Positions 26,601-36,567 of a DNA stretch of 61,985 nt are shown here, piece after piece (positions within the stretch are counted from its first letter, which is position 1; each line of letters opens with the position of its first letter). Below the pieces are notes generated by a model that was given only the letters and a program-made list of their open reading frames with translations, was not told the origin of the DNA and made no database searches. The stretch spans positions 1-61,985 of the IMG/VR virus record IMGVR_UViG_3300032053_000071. One strand, given 5' to 3'. Position numbers and translations under genes: made by a program. The DNA is from a virus (lineage: Duplodnaviria > Caudoviricetes).

Positions 26601-28677
26601 CTCTTTTTACAACATACCTATCACCCTGCTCCACCTTTCTTGCATTCTCTCCTTCAAGTAAAAAATATACATCATTGCTTGTTGGACTCAAAAAGAATAT
26701 GCTGCTATATATTGTTTCATAATTCTCTTGGTCAGGCTTAATTACAAACTTGTATCTCTTTGCCCAAGCAGGAGCAATCTGACTTGTAGGTATTATTACT
26801 TGAATTGAATTTTTTGCATCAGAATCTGAGCATGAAACATACTCGACATTATTTTGACTAACCAAAGCAGTACTTGCTCTATTAAACTCATCCATATACA
26901 CCATACCGATTTCATACCCTCTATTGCTATGCAAGCTTCTTGGACTAGAAATCTCTTGATATGTAGCATCAGCAGAAATCACTTTATAATACTCATAAGC
27001 ATAAGTAGTAGGAGTTACAAGGTCATCCACATACTTCATAGCAATAACCTGAAATCCTATTATATCACTACCGGGACTTGTTATTATTTTAATAGGCTGA
27101 GCTACAGCAGATATGCCGCTAGCGTATTTTGCCAAAGAACCTCCTGAATAAGTTAAGTTGTTTAGCAAATTACAATTCATCTTATCAGTAAACGTGTATC
27201 CATCACAAGGATTTGTAAGTCCTAATGGATCATATACAGGAAGAATATTTGCAATAGTTCCTACTGCCTCTTGAAATTCAGGACTTATTGCCATCTGATA
27301 AACAGAAGTATAGTCTTGAAGAAGATTAAAGAAAAGGGAAACTTTTACATTTGATGTTAATTCTGTTGGAACAGTAGGTCCTGAAAATGAATCATGTGTA
27401 ATTGTTATGTCTAATGAAAATGACCCACCTTGTTTCAAATTTAAAGATACTGAGCTAAAATCTATATTTACAATTGAATCAACTACAGTTCTACTTCCGT
27501 CTATACTATAACTTCCTGTAGCTGCAGTATCTATTAACTGAGTATCTCCTATAATTTCACTAATAAGATTTGTAGTATAGGTAAACCTTGTTGGGTTCCC
27601 TTGCTTGTCAATTAAATCATATCCATCCACATAGTTTCCATACATAAGCCTATTGCCCATAATTGTCTGAGCCTTTGCAAATCTTGGTACATTATCATAA
27701 AGTCTCAATATTTCTGAATCAGGAAGTATTGTGAATATCTTGCTATTATCAAAAATGTATTGATAATCTGTATTATTGCCTAACCCTAATTCTTGCTTAT
27801 CAAGCTTCTCTATGATTTTTATTATATTGCTATTTGCTTGTTTAAATAACAAATCAACACCAACCACAAGTAATCCACCTGAGTTATAAGTAATCTTTGC
27901 AGCGTTACAAAGGTTTACCATCCCCTCATTTAAAAAACTATTAATGCTAAACTGAAATGCTTGTGGAATAAATGCAGGAGCAGACCATTGCGATGTAGCT
28001 GAATACTCTCCATCAGCATACCTATATCTATATGCAAAGCATATAAACCTTGTATCCATATAGTTCTGCTGACCGCCTGTAATTATTGGCAGCACAGCAG
28101 GAGATTCAGTAGGAGGTCTTTTAATCACAAGTAACCTCTCTGCGCTGAATTGGTCTATATATGCAATTGGATTTGGATAGTTTGCAGTTACATTTATAAA
28201 TCTTGGAGCATTAAAATCATCAGTAAAGAAGATTAAATTCTCAATCTTATTAACACCTGTGATTAAATATTTAGGATCAAAATTAAGTGTAGTATTTACG
28301 CCTCCACCATCATCTGTACTTATAACATTATAAGTAAGTATCCCTGTGTTTACGTTCAAGGAAACTATCATATCTAGCTTACCTGTCGTGCTAGAAACAA
28401 ACCCTGAGTCATGAACAAACCAATATATAGTTTCATTGGCACTATCTGCTACAGCACCAATGCATAAAGCATCAGTGCTTAATGGCGTACCATCTGTATA
28501 GGTTAATAATGTTAATGCAATATTTCCCTTAGTATTCTCAATGACTCCAACCTCAGAATTTTCAGTCGACCCCATGCGGATATTCATTGCGTCTATGTAT
28601 TCCCCATTTGGAACTACACGTTGGTCAAAAACCTTATTCATTCTACCTGCTAAAAAATTCCTTGTAAGTTTTGTCAT
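23626..28677 (-). CDS. Large tail/nozzle (stabilisation) protein with Cys-rich C-terminal modules
   Basis: N-terminal F..GRMNK..D.R.VP.GEY.DA.N motif typical of podovirus tail/stabilisation proteins; beta-rich; 1683 aa. Confidence 0.7.
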   Translation of the reverse strand: MTKLTRNFLAGRMNKVFDQRVVPNGEYIDAMNIRMGSTENSEVGVIENTKGNIALTLLTYTDGTPLSTDALCIGAVADSANETIYWFVHDSGFVSSTTGKLDMIVSLNVNTGILTYNVISTDDGGGVNTTLNFDPKYLITGVNKIENLIFFTDDFNAPRFINVTANYPNPIAYIDQFSAERLLVIKRPPTESPAVLPIITGGQQNYMDTRFICFAYRYRYADGEYSATSQWSAPAFIPQAFQFSINSFLNEGMVNLCNAAKITYNSGGLLVVGVDLLFKQANSNIIKIIEKLDKQELGLGNNTDYQYIFDNSKIFTILPDSEILRLYDNVPRFAKAQTIMGNRLMYGNYVDGYDLIDKQGNPTRFTYTTNLISEIIGDTQLIDTAATGSYSIDGSRTVVDSIVNIDFSSVSLNLKQGGSFSLDITITHDSFSGPTVPTELTSNVKVSLFFNLLQDYTSVYQMAISPEFQEAVGTIANILPVYDPLGLTNPCDGYTFTDKMNCNLLNNLTYSGGSLAKYASGISAVAQPIKIITSPGSDIIGFQVIAMKYVDDLVTPTTYAYEYYKVISADATYQEISSPRSLHSNRGYEIGMVYMDEFNRASTALVSQNNVEYVSCSDSDAKNSIQVIIPTSQIAPAWAKRYKFVIKPDQENYETIYSSIFFLSPTSNDVYFLLEGENARKVEQGDRYVVKRDSNGPTKSCIYATVLEKEAKVQGFIVPATGVTPPGGVYMKINPNSFSVTNDPLAIIAPGTKTVGTYDDGIGPIMQYPMNIEDTAVPGTYIDYTVPAGSKISINITTQRLGPGDGNRSCEKRIYTWSQNFISSANYNNMFDWFNGDNIGQFVNNGTSTVGGGAGPVGNVYYPTLLSSPLSIGYDFNTNIWQFSRELNNALSLNVRAVEACGGANTDKRKSSIILDIQVFRAENIFVFETEPSDALPDVFFENDLSFAIDIDGNHMGNVQDQDVAAGTPGIVNTEFFNCFSFGNGVESYKIRDSITGRSFNLGNRVTTVAAQDYKETDRFADITYSGVYNPETNLNKLNEFNSGLLNYKNLELSFGEIYVLDGRETDVLVLQEDKISYVLAGKNLLSDSAAGGAITSVPEVLGTQIARTEKYGISFNPESYVQWGYDRYFTDAKRGAVIQLQGNSYSNEQLNVISDLNMRTWFRDTFNASFGTQKLGGFDPYMNEYVLTTTDRDLPQNPSCLACGVSQVFTLSGDITKTYCVDLGPLIGQTTVSWNVISIDPGAEFNVIIVYNGITYESGLIDYSDFFTFYKDLNFVDIANVSIVYTGSVVLDLLVNCPVAEEMTIVEVVLTSNYQSGETIHAEYKYTNGSFVGPWQSNFVTFASSTSSPIVSWYNAISGYVGSGTFPPAGSTMRLQSNKIGFDTFNFDPAYDKFRYLRSSTLYANNSVDITTMISASSLAAPISGGGNTYHADFIVPPTGNYLYLIWDFRKSNPQLLCYSETLESSACCDCGPCDNDCYEITVESGATPCFIYIPGGLCGTLQGVPYILKVNANDSYKICIYRPARDLGYTVLSGNPVITIGGCGCNACSLDCHIWYVTCVSGFCTLGYLNCREEPVDEIINAGVSKMVCAIGDISSFDNVLISKMPYCGCCNKLGDQCVSWTFYNSSSTANVDFTYKDCDGSIVTTTLSPLEVGNYCCQVSYKPFASSTDGVIIFDSCTCR

Positions 28678-28678
28678 T

Positions 28679-29602
28679 TTATTTTATTGTCTTGTCCATA
28701 CCTCTAAGATTCATTAATAATCTGCCGGGATGAATGTTACTCATTCTTATTTTTGCATTTCTAAGTAAAGCACCTCTTTCCTTTCTAGCTCTGTTTACAA
28801 TATACTCTTGAACGCCATATTTTGTATTTAACATCTCAAATTTAATGGCTGCATAGATATACTGCTCAAACAACTTATTAACTGTAATTAAGGAATTATC
28901 TCCATTCTCCATTCCATCAGATACGTATTCAAGGATACATATTTCTCCTGCCATTCCTGAGTCAAAGTTAATAACACCATTCTTCTTATCAATATTAAAC
29001 GTAGGGTTAAAATTAGCCGTTTCTGTGTTGAGTCCAAACGCAGCGCCTATGCCATAGTCAAAGTACCACATACCGTCTACATTATATCCCCACTGCCCAT
29101 TAAATTGATGTCCTTGATTGAGATAAATACTCTTCTTTGTCTTATGTATTCTATCGTAGTCAATGTTTGAGTCTTGAGGACGAAGTATATTCCCAAATTG
29201 GTCAAAGAGAATATTTCCTTTATTGTCCTGTAAGTAAGCACTTGATGACAAAGTTTGAATATTTTCTGTTAATGGTCTTAGTATTCCATCTTTATAAAGA
29301 GATATTCTAACCCAATTCACAAAGTCTTGTGGAAGAACATATCTTAAAGAGTCCACCACAGATAATTCTAGGACTTTAATCTCCTTAAAAGCGTCATAGT
29401 TTAATTCTTGTATAGCTCTTTTTGCATGAAACAACACCTTGTATCTTTCCTCGTTATTTATCAAGGAGTGATTACCAGTATGCATCAACATAAAGTTGTT
29501 TACAATATCAAACAGACTAACGTATTGATATGAGCCCCAATTTGCATTTTGGGGTGTATTGCCTGAGTTTGCGTAGTATTGATAATCTGATATATATGCC
29601 AT
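28679..29602 (-). CDS. Head-tail connector/tail ring protein
   Basis: Position after the capsid genes; YVLPQDFVNWVRIS motif. Confidence 0.6.
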   Translation of the reverse strand: MAYISDYQYYANSGNTPQNANWGSYQYVSLFDIVNNFMLMHTGNHSLINNEERYKVLFHAKRAIQELNYDAFKEIKVLELSVVDSLRYVLPQDFVNWVRISLYKDGILRPLTENIQTLSSSAYLQDNKGNILFDQFGNILRPQDSNIDYDRIHKTKKSIYLNQGHQFNGQWGYNVDGMWYFDYGIGAAFGLNTETANFNPTFNIDKKNGVINFDSGMAGEICILEYVSDGMENGDNSLITVNKLFEQYIYAAIKFEMLNTKYGVQEYIVNRARKERGALLRNAKIRMSNIHPGRLLMNLRGMDKTIK

Positions 29603-29608
29603 ACCTTA

Positions 29609-30592
29609 TTATTGTTGTTGACTGAATGTTGGTTGTTCGTGTTGTTCTTGAGCCATTGCAAATTGAGTAACTTCATTCTCACGTATAGAAACACCACAAT
29701 ATTGCAATATTTTCATTATTAATTTAAACTCATCTTCCTGAGGCAATTCAAAATCTTGATAATCAGGTTGAGATTGGTCAAATACAGGTTCTCCTGCAGC
29801 AAGTGTAATGTAAGTCCACTTTGGTTCCTTTGGATATCTAAAATACTGTGCCTGAAGTTGCCCTAATTTGGCAACTGAGTAAGTAGCTGTAAATGGATAT
29901 ACTTGCAGTTTTATGGTCTCTAAGCTATAGGCAGGAAACATAGCACTAGGAGCAGTAAGATTAGATAGGCCTAGCATTGTAAGCTTGGCGTTATTTATCT
30001 TCTCAGACTCCTTATACTCTTGAGCTGATATGATATAGTAGCTATCTCCAAATGTTTGAAATATATCAGCACTAATCTGAAGCTGAGTGTTGCTTATAAC
30101 TAAATAAACAATAGCTGTTTGGCGCGTAGTTAAATTAACAACAATATCTCCGGGATTAACTAGGCCTACAAAGTTGGCATTGCTATCTTCTAACAAATCA
30201 GGTATTACTAAGCTACATATACCATTAGTTAATTCAATAGGATAGCACACAACTCTGTTTATCATGTAAGCTTCATTACCAGTTGTAGTAAGAGATGGTA
30301 TATAATACCTTGCTCTACTTACCTCAGGAAAGTCATAGTCAAATGGAACTAAAAAATCTGTAACTAAAAAAGATTCTATGGTTTCAGAAGTAGCTTTGTT
30401 GATATCTGCATAATCTGTTCCTGAAGTCCTTAAATTCTCCATGTTTATGCCCTTATTAAAATTACTAAAGTACTCTTCATACGCCTCTAGTTGAGCTTGC
30501 TTTGCATATAAATTAAAATCCGATGGAGATATATATCCGTAGTTATTTTTATTAAGAACAGATAATACTGTATTTCTAACTGAGTTTATCAT
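29609..30592 (-). CDS. Head-tail adaptor protein
   Basis: LNKNNYGYISPSDFN, YFRYPKEPKW, DFELP; position. Confidence 0.6.
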   Translation of the reverse strand: MINSVRNTVLSVLNKNNYGYISPSDFNLYAKQAQLEAYEEYFSNFNKGINMENLRTSGTDYADINKATSETIESFLVTDFLVPFDYDFPEVSRARYYIPSLTTTGNEAYMINRVVCYPIELTNGICSLVIPDLLEDSNANFVGLVNPGDIVVNLTTRQTAIVYLVISNTQLQISADIFQTFGDSYYIISAQEYKESEKINNAKLTMLGLSNLTAPSAMFPAYSLETIKLQVYPFTATYSVAKLGQLQAQYFRYPKEPKWTYITLAAGEPVFDQSQPDYQDFELPQEDEFKLIMKILQYCGVSIRENEVTQFAMAQEQHEQPTFSQQQ

Positions 30593-30606
30593 TGCTCACT
30601 TTTTTA

Positions 30607-30614
30607 CAAATATA
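30607..30614 (-). promoter_or_regulatory. Bacteroidota-type -7 promoter element
   Basis: TATATTTG immediately after a terminator and before the 30592 start. Confidence 0.55.
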
Positions 30615-30615
30615 C

Positions 30616-30644
30616 AAAAAAAAAGGGGGCGTAGAAACGCTCCC
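30616..30644 (-). terminator. Intrinsic terminator
   Basis: Minus strand GGGAGCGT-TTCT-ACGCCCCC followed by T9. Confidence 0.8.
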
Positions 30645-30691
30645 GATTTAATCATTAATCAAAACAATAAACGAAACATAGAATAAAAATC

Positions 30692-31438
30692 TTATTTACC
30701 TAGCGAGGTCTCTAACATCTTTAGTGAGTCTATACCTTCGTCACTCTGCAAGTAAGATGCAGCTGCATCATAAGCATCGTCACCAAAAGGAATTGACATC
30801 ATTTTTTTCTTATTTGTAGCAGTATTGAACCAAATTTCCTTGTCGTTGTTTTTAAGCGTCAACAATCTTGATTCAAAGAACTGACGAATTTTAGCTTGGA
30901 ATTTTAATTCAGGATCATTTATAATGTTTAAGAACTCTTTAGGTTCATTCTTAGCAAACACTAATAAATCTCTCTTTAATTCAGCAGTAGATAGTATTGA
31001 TGGGTCTTTACCAAATATAACTCTTGAAAGCATTTCAATCTGCTCTATAGTTAATTGGCGAGCCTCTACTAGCGCATCTACCTCTATATTCAAATCAAAA
31101 ACCTCAGCAGATGCATCTTTCTCTTTATTTACCTCAGTAAATACTACATTATTTAATGGATGGTAATGCAAAAACTCTTGCAATACAGGATTGTTCTTTG
31201 GAACACTAAGCATACCATCTTCAAAAATAATTGGTTCTAAGATAGCATTTCCGTCCTGTTGGTCTTCAAATGGAGACTTTTGATTTACTGCATATCTCAA
31301 TGCTCTATTAATATTATTCTTCTCATCATACCACATCAAAGGAAATCTAGGATGGTTTCTTGAAGCGAGTGTGTAAGACAACGGCGTACCGTTTTTTAAT
31401 TTATATACCTTATCAGAAGGCAGTATATTTTTTGACAT
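30692..31438 (-). CDS. Phage protein of unknown function downstream of the capsid gene
   Basis: 248-aa ORF with its own terminator. Confidence 0.7.
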   Translation of the reverse strand: MSKNILPSDKVYKLKNGTPLSYTLASRNHPRFPLMWYDEKNNINRALRYAVNQKSPFEDQQDGNAILEPIIFEDGMLSVPKNNPVLQEFLHYHPLNNVVFTEVNKEKDASAEVFDLNIEVDALVEARQLTIEQIEMLSRVIFGKDPSILSTAELKRDLLVFAKNEPKEFLNIINDPELKFQAKIRQFFESRLLTLKNNDKEIWFNTATNKKKMMSIPFGDDAYDAAASYLQSDEGIDSLKMLETSLGK

Positions 31439-31467
31439 TTTATAAGATTTAATTTGATTAAAATATT

Positions 31468-31498
31468 AAAAAAAGCAGGGGATTTTAATGCCCCCTGC
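31468..31498 (-). terminator. Intrinsic terminator after the major capsid gene
   Basis: Minus strand GCAGGGG...CCCCTGC followed by T7. Confidence 0.8.
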
Positions 31499-31518
31499 CT
31501 TTGTATTCATCCTATATA

Positions 31519-32937
31519 CTATCCATAACGGAAAAGTACAAAGTTGTTTGCACCCAAGGTACATACGCAACGCTCAGAAAGGAAGTTGACCTCCATTGCA
31601 TCCAAGTCGCTAGTTTGAGCCCCACCGGCAGAACCTGTAATCCAAGTCTTGTAACGTCTGTCTTCAGCTTCAGAAGCTCTGTAACGAACGTGCAAGAATG
31701 GACGCTTAGCGTTCTTACCCATGATTTGATCGTAAACTGAGGTAGAACCTGCAGGAACTAACAAACCTGTAACGGTACCAGTTGCAGTAGCAGCACCTGA
31801 GCTACCAACTAAACCACCACGCATTGTTGGGTCATTCAAGTATTTCCAATCTGATTTGTAGAAATCGTAACCTCTACGGAAACCTGTGAAACCAAGATTT
31901 AGCGCCATGCTTACATCATTGTCAAACAGACCGAAAGAAGCAGACTGAGAAACACCACCTGAAGTGAAACCATTTAAGGTAGCCAACATGTTGTCGATGT
32001 CAAAGCTCAATCCACGATTTACGAATACTACGTTCTCTTCGATAGCACCTTGCTTATCTAAACGAGAAACAATTGTATCCCAATCAGTCAAGGTAGTTGG
32101 AGTACCACCACCCCATACGTTACCACGAGAGTTTACAACGTAGAAGATACCTTCAGATCCTTTTGCAACAGCAGCGTTTGTTACATTATCCATAGGTACA
32201 GCTTCAATCATTGCAGTCTCAAGATAATCTTCAAAACGAAGACGAGTCTCATGCTCTGACTTCAAATACCAAAGGTATCCTGTAGCACCATTTTCAGATG
32301 TTACTTCAACCCAACCGATTTGAGCCATATCAGAACCATTAACGGCGTAACGGTCTTTGATGATGATTGGAGAATTTGAGAAGATGCTATCTTCTGCTTC
32401 CAAAGAACCAACCATCCCGTTAGTTCCTTTTTTAAATTCAGAACCATAAATGAACATTGTACAAGCAGCACTTGCACCAAAAGCCTGTCCACCTACTTCA
32501 TAGTATGCTACTACGAATTGAGTTGCGCTGTTTACAGCAGTAACGATTGCTTTGTTGTAAACACCTGTGGTGTTTAACTGAATCATTATTGTCTGTCCAA
32601 CACGAACTGCTATATAAGTAACACCTGCGTCATTTACAGTCAAAGTAGCTGTAGCAGAAGCAGCAGCAGCGCCTGATGTGACATTGATGTACTTAGTGTG
32701 TAGACGACCTTGTTCTGCCCATTTTACTTGGTCAGAGTTAGAAGGCATTTCAGCTCCTACCATACGTAAGAATGAAGATACCGTTCTGTTACCATATCTT
32801 TCAAATTCTTTCTCATAAGTATCAGGTAGATACTGATTTAAGAAGTCGAAGTTGGTAATGTAATTTGTTTGTAACGCTACTTGCTCCGGTGCAGGTTGCA
32901 GGGCATATGTAGGCGCCGATAATAAAGCACTTGCCAT
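31519..32937 (-). CDS. Major capsid protein
   Basis: 472 aa; order TerL-portal-scaffold-this gene; codon bias suggesting high expression; followed by a terminator. Confidence 0.85.
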   Translation of the reverse strand: MASALLSAPTYALQPAPEQVALQTNYITNFDFLNQYLPDTYEKEFERYGNRTVSSFLRMVGAEMPSNSDQVKWAEQGRLHTKYINVTSGAAAASATATLTVNDAGVTYIAVRVGQTIMIQLNTTGVYNKAIVTAVNSATQFVVAYYEVGGQAFGASAACTMFIYGSEFKKGTNGMVGSLEAEDSIFSNSPIIIKDRYAVNGSDMAQIGWVEVTSENGATGYLWYLKSEHETRLRFEDYLETAMIEAVPMDNVTNAAVAKGSEGIFYVVNSRGNVWGGGTPTTLTDWDTIVSRLDKQGAIEENVVFVNRGLSFDIDNMLATLNGFTSGGVSQSASFGLFDNDVSMALNLGFTGFRRGYDFYKSDWKYLNDPTMRGGLVGSSGAATATGTVTGLLVPAGSTSVYDQIMGKNAKRPFLHVRYRASEAEDRRYKTWITGSAGGAQTSDLDAMEVNFLSERCVCTLGANNFVLFRYG

Positions 32938-32958
32938 GTTTTTAAATTTTTAATGTTA

Positions 32959-34083
32959 TTAAATACGTTTTATACTGCGGATTTTCAGGCTTTTACCTGA
33001 ATCAGGGTTTACCGCCCTCACCTGCATCCCATCACTTGTCTTAGAAACCTCAGGCGCTCTGCGTTCAGACATATTTATATTCTTAGTCTTTCTCATCACA
33101 TCCTCAGTTGCGTCAGACATTCCTTGCTCGTAAAAATACTTTGCAAATTTGTCGGGGTGCATCGCAATAGCTAAAGACTTATGGTATCCTACCGCATCTT
33201 TTATAAGTCCATTCTCATCTAAGAATTTCCCAATAAAACTAGAAGGATTAGATTGAATGCTTTTCAACTCAGAGGCATCTCCCGGAGAAAACGAAAACGA
33301 CTTGTCATTTATCTTGAACTCAAAACCTTTGAACTCATTACTAAATACGTCATTTGTTTTTTGGTCGAACCAACTGCGCTTACGTTCATTTTCTTCTTGA
33401 ACCGTCTTAGCCTGCTTTGTATATTGTTTATAAGACTCATACTCTTCTTTTTCTTCATCAGGAACAAACGCCACGCTTGACTCAAGGGGTACTTTGTACA
33501 TTTCCTTCTGTTCGTTAAAGAATTTCTTAGCCTCAGCCACAATTTTCTTTTTAGCAATCTTAACCTTTTTTACAGCAGACTCATCGTCAATATCCTCGTC
33601 ATATCTGTAATCATCCATCAGCGTATCAATGTCATCCTCATCAAGTCCTTGCTGAGTAGAAGTAAGGTATTCTTTTAATAATTTCTCTGAATCCATTGTG
33701 TCGAAATCCTTTTTTAATTTAAGGAAATCTTCAAACCCTCTGCCTGTCTCTTTCTTATATTTCATATAAGCAGCTACATCTTCAGGTAAAGCCTCAGCTT
33801 CTTTTCGTTCAGCAACCAAATCATCAAAAGAATTTATTTGCTTGTTATATCTCTTACCAATATATGAAAGAACTTTTTGTTCATCCAACTCCTCCTCTTG
33901 TTGTATCTGAGGTTCTACCTCTACAATAGGTTCTGGTGTTGGCTCAGGCTTAGAACCACCTGATAAATCAACCTTTAAAATTCCATTTACTTCTTGTTCA
34001 TGTCTTTCAAGAAGTTCCTGCTCTACTTGAGCTACTCCTTTCTCTTGTCCTTCTCCTACTAATTTTACTGATTTAAACTCCAT
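32959..34083 (-). CDS. Capsid scaffolding protein
   Basis: Acidic and helical; lies between portal and capsid genes. Confidence 0.7.
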   Translation of the reverse strand: MEFKSVKLVGEGQEKGVAQVEQELLERHEQEVNGILKVDLSGGSKPEPTPEPIVEVEPQIQQEEELDEQKVLSYIGKRYNKQINSFDDLVAERKEAEALPEDVAAYMKYKKETGRGFEDFLKLKKDFDTMDSEKLLKEYLTSTQQGLDEDDIDTLMDDYRYDEDIDDESAVKKVKIAKKKIVAEAKKFFNEQKEMYKVPLESSVAFVPDEEKEEYESYKQYTKQAKTVQEENERKRSWFDQKTNDVFSNEFKGFEFKINDKSFSFSPGDASELKSIQSNPSSFIGKFLDENGLIKDAVGYHKSLAIAMHPDKFAKYFYEQGMSDATEDVMRKTKNINMSERRAPEVSKTSDGMQVRAVNPDSGKSLKIRSIKRI

Positions 34084-34104
34084 TAGATTTGATTTTATTT
34101 GTTA

Positions 34105-34112
34105 CAAATTTA
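34105..34112 (-). promoter_or_regulatory. Bacteroidota-type -7 promoter element
   Basis: TAAATTTG upstream of the scaffold/capsid operon. Confidence 0.55.
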
Positions 34113-34131
34113 TATTAAATTTTTGACTTTT

Positions 34132-36567
34132 TTATCGAGGCTCAAACTCGCCTAAGTCAAACCCATCTAAGCTATCTTCATTTGATTCAAAGTTTAATGG
34201 AGGAAGATTATTTTTCCTTTGGTCTATAAGCTTTGATTGCTGAGTATTTTGTATGCTTATTCTTTTGTTCTTCTCATCTTCTTTCATCTTATCTCTCTGA
34301 GAAATCTTTCCTACTTCCATATCATGCAATTGCATATTATAGTTAAATTCTTCAGCCATCAAATGAGATTTGAATTGCATTTCTTGCTCTAATTTCTGTA
34401 TATCAAACTGAATCTCTGCTTGCTTAATAGTTATCTTTGCTTTAGTCTCTGCTTCTATTTTCATCATTGCAGTTTGCGCTGCCATTTGCTGAGATTGTAT
34501 TTGTTGCTGATTTACCATGGCTTGCTTTTGCATCTCCATTTTGTTTGCATCATCTTGCTTCTTAACCCTTTTAACCTTCAATAACTGATTGGCAAGTTTC
34601 AAGTTTTTAATCTCTCTTATGTCAATAGCGTCCTCAAGATTAATGTCTCCCTTTGATAATGCCATTTGGATATTACCTTCAAGCTGTGCTTTTTGTTCTT
34701 CATCGGGAGAAACTTCAATGAATATTCCAAAATCGTAAATGTATAAATCTGATATTTCATTTAGTATAGATACATTGTATTTGCCAATTTTATTGACAAA
34801 GTCATCTTTGAAATCAGCATACTCAAGAATATCTGCAACTCTATATGTTAAAGCTTCAGCCATAGTTCTATATACAAATAAACTTCCCTCAAGAATATGT
34901 CTTGTTGCTGTATTTGAATTAAGTGCAGCCAATTTCTGTAGACCAACTAATGAATCAGGATCAGGCATTGAGCCATCCCTAGCTTCATTAAGTCCGGTTA
35001 CAGACCTAATCATATCCATATAATGATTATAGTTGGCTATAAGCATTTGAGTTTTACTTGCGCCTGAATTAGACGTCAACTGCGTAATAGGAACTCTTGC
35101 ATTATTAAACTCTCCATCTTGAGTATAACTACGCCCAATAACACTACCTGTTTGGAAATATAACCTAAGTGCATCTTCAGGATTGTACGCATTACCTGAA
35201 CCTAAGTCAACCTCATTCAATCCATCTGCATCTATAAATACACCATCAGGAACAACACGAGCAATTACTTGCTGCAGTTTTAAATGAGTAATCTGAATTA
35301 AATCAGCAAATGGAATCATTCTTCTAACTAAAGACTCAATAACTCCCTTGTACATACGTGGAGCACAAGCCACATAGTTAGGTATTGCATGTTGAGAAGC
35401 AGACTTTGGACGAACCATATTTTCTGCTAATTCCCATTTAATAAGAATACTTGTACCCATTACCATAATGCCCTCATACCAAACATCAATGGTTTTTTCC
35501 ATCTTCTCAAAATTACCTTCCTCCATCATCTCTGTAGGAGGATTAAATGTGTCATCTTTCTCAATAACACGAGACCCACCATTCTCAAGTATCTTCTTCT
35601 TATAAACAATCTTTTTTGTTGACTTATAATTGAAGTACATCAACGTACAAGTATCACGATGAAAAAGACTATTTTGATAATATTGAGCAACATTATAGTA
35701 GTCATACCAACCCTGACTGTATTGAGATATTTCTTGTAAATCTTCTCTTGTTAATGATTGGTCAATCTTCATCAACTCAGTAATTGGCATCGTCTTAATC
35801 TCTCCCCAATAGAAACAATCTCTAAAGTATGGGTCCTCAGTATAGCTATACACCACATTAGCAGGGTCAACATAAGATATTTTTACTCCTGCTCCGGGAA
35901 GAAATTCATGCTTTGCTATAGCTATTCCCACAACAGTCATATCATAATCAAGTCTCTTTCTAATGTCTTGATAGTGACTTTCTTCAAATATGGTATTAAT
36001 AGCTTCTTCTTCAGCAATCTCAATAGCAGGCTTATAATTAAGTTGCATGTAAAGATTTAATTCCTCGTCATTATTTGGAAGCTGCTCAGGATCCATTGTG
36101 AACCCATTAAATCCAGTCTTTTCTTTTACAATATTCAACACATCTTTTGAAATCATCTGAGCCTCAATCATGTCTTGATACTTACTTCTCTTTGCTTGAG
36201 ACATAGCATCTTGAGAAAATGCTTTTACTTTGAATAGCCTGTCAGACATTCCGTTTACAACAATATCAACAAACTTGGGGATTATTGGAACAGGCGTCCA
36301 ATCTAAATTCAAATAAGATAAGTCGCCATCAATAGCTAATTCGTTTTTATACTTAGCTACAGACTGCTCTCCTCTTGCGTATAATCTTACTTTATGGAAG
36401 TCTCTCCATTGAGCATAGTACCGGCAAGAGCTACTATCCTTTCTGAACCATTCGTACTGAATTGCCTGACCTACTTGGAGTCCAAACTCTTGTGACGCCT
36501 TTTCCGTGTCAGAAGCTAATTGACTTGGAAATGTTGTAGATTTTATGTCTATTACTATATTTTTCAT
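34132..36567 (-). CDS. Portal protein
   Basis: 811 aa directly after TerL; Gln-rich C-terminal coiled coil as in P22-like portals. Confidence 0.85.
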   Translation of the reverse strand: MKNIVIDIKSTTFPSQLASDTEKASQEFGLQVGQAIQYEWFRKDSSSCRYYAQWRDFHKVRLYARGEQSVAKYKNELAIDGDLSYLNLDWTPVPIIPKFVDIVVNGMSDRLFKVKAFSQDAMSQAKRSKYQDMIEAQMISKDVLNIVKEKTGFNGFTMDPEQLPNNDEELNLYMQLNYKPAIEIAEEEAINTIFEESHYQDIRKRLDYDMTVVGIAIAKHEFLPGAGVKISYVDPANVVYSYTEDPYFRDCFYWGEIKTMPITELMKIDQSLTREDLQEISQYSQGWYDYYNVAQYYQNSLFHRDTCTLMYFNYKSTKKIVYKKKILENGGSRVIEKDDTFNPPTEMMEEGNFEKMEKTIDVWYEGIMVMGTSILIKWELAENMVRPKSASQHAIPNYVACAPRMYKGVIESLVRRMIPFADLIQITHLKLQQVIARVVPDGVFIDADGLNEVDLGSGNAYNPEDALRLYFQTGSVIGRSYTQDGEFNNARVPITQLTSNSGASKTQMLIANYNHYMDMIRSVTGLNEARDGSMPDPDSLVGLQKLAALNSNTATRHILEGSLFVYRTMAEALTYRVADILEYADFKDDFVNKIGKYNVSILNEISDLYIYDFGIFIEVSPDEEQKAQLEGNIQMALSKGDINLEDAIDIREIKNLKLANQLLKVKRVKKQDDANKMEMQKQAMVNQQQIQSQQMAAQTAMMKIEAETKAKITIKQAEIQFDIQKLEQEMQFKSHLMAEEFNYNMQLHDMEVGKISQRDKMKEDEKNKRISIQNTQQSKLIDQRKNNLPPLNFESNEDSLDGFDLGEFEPR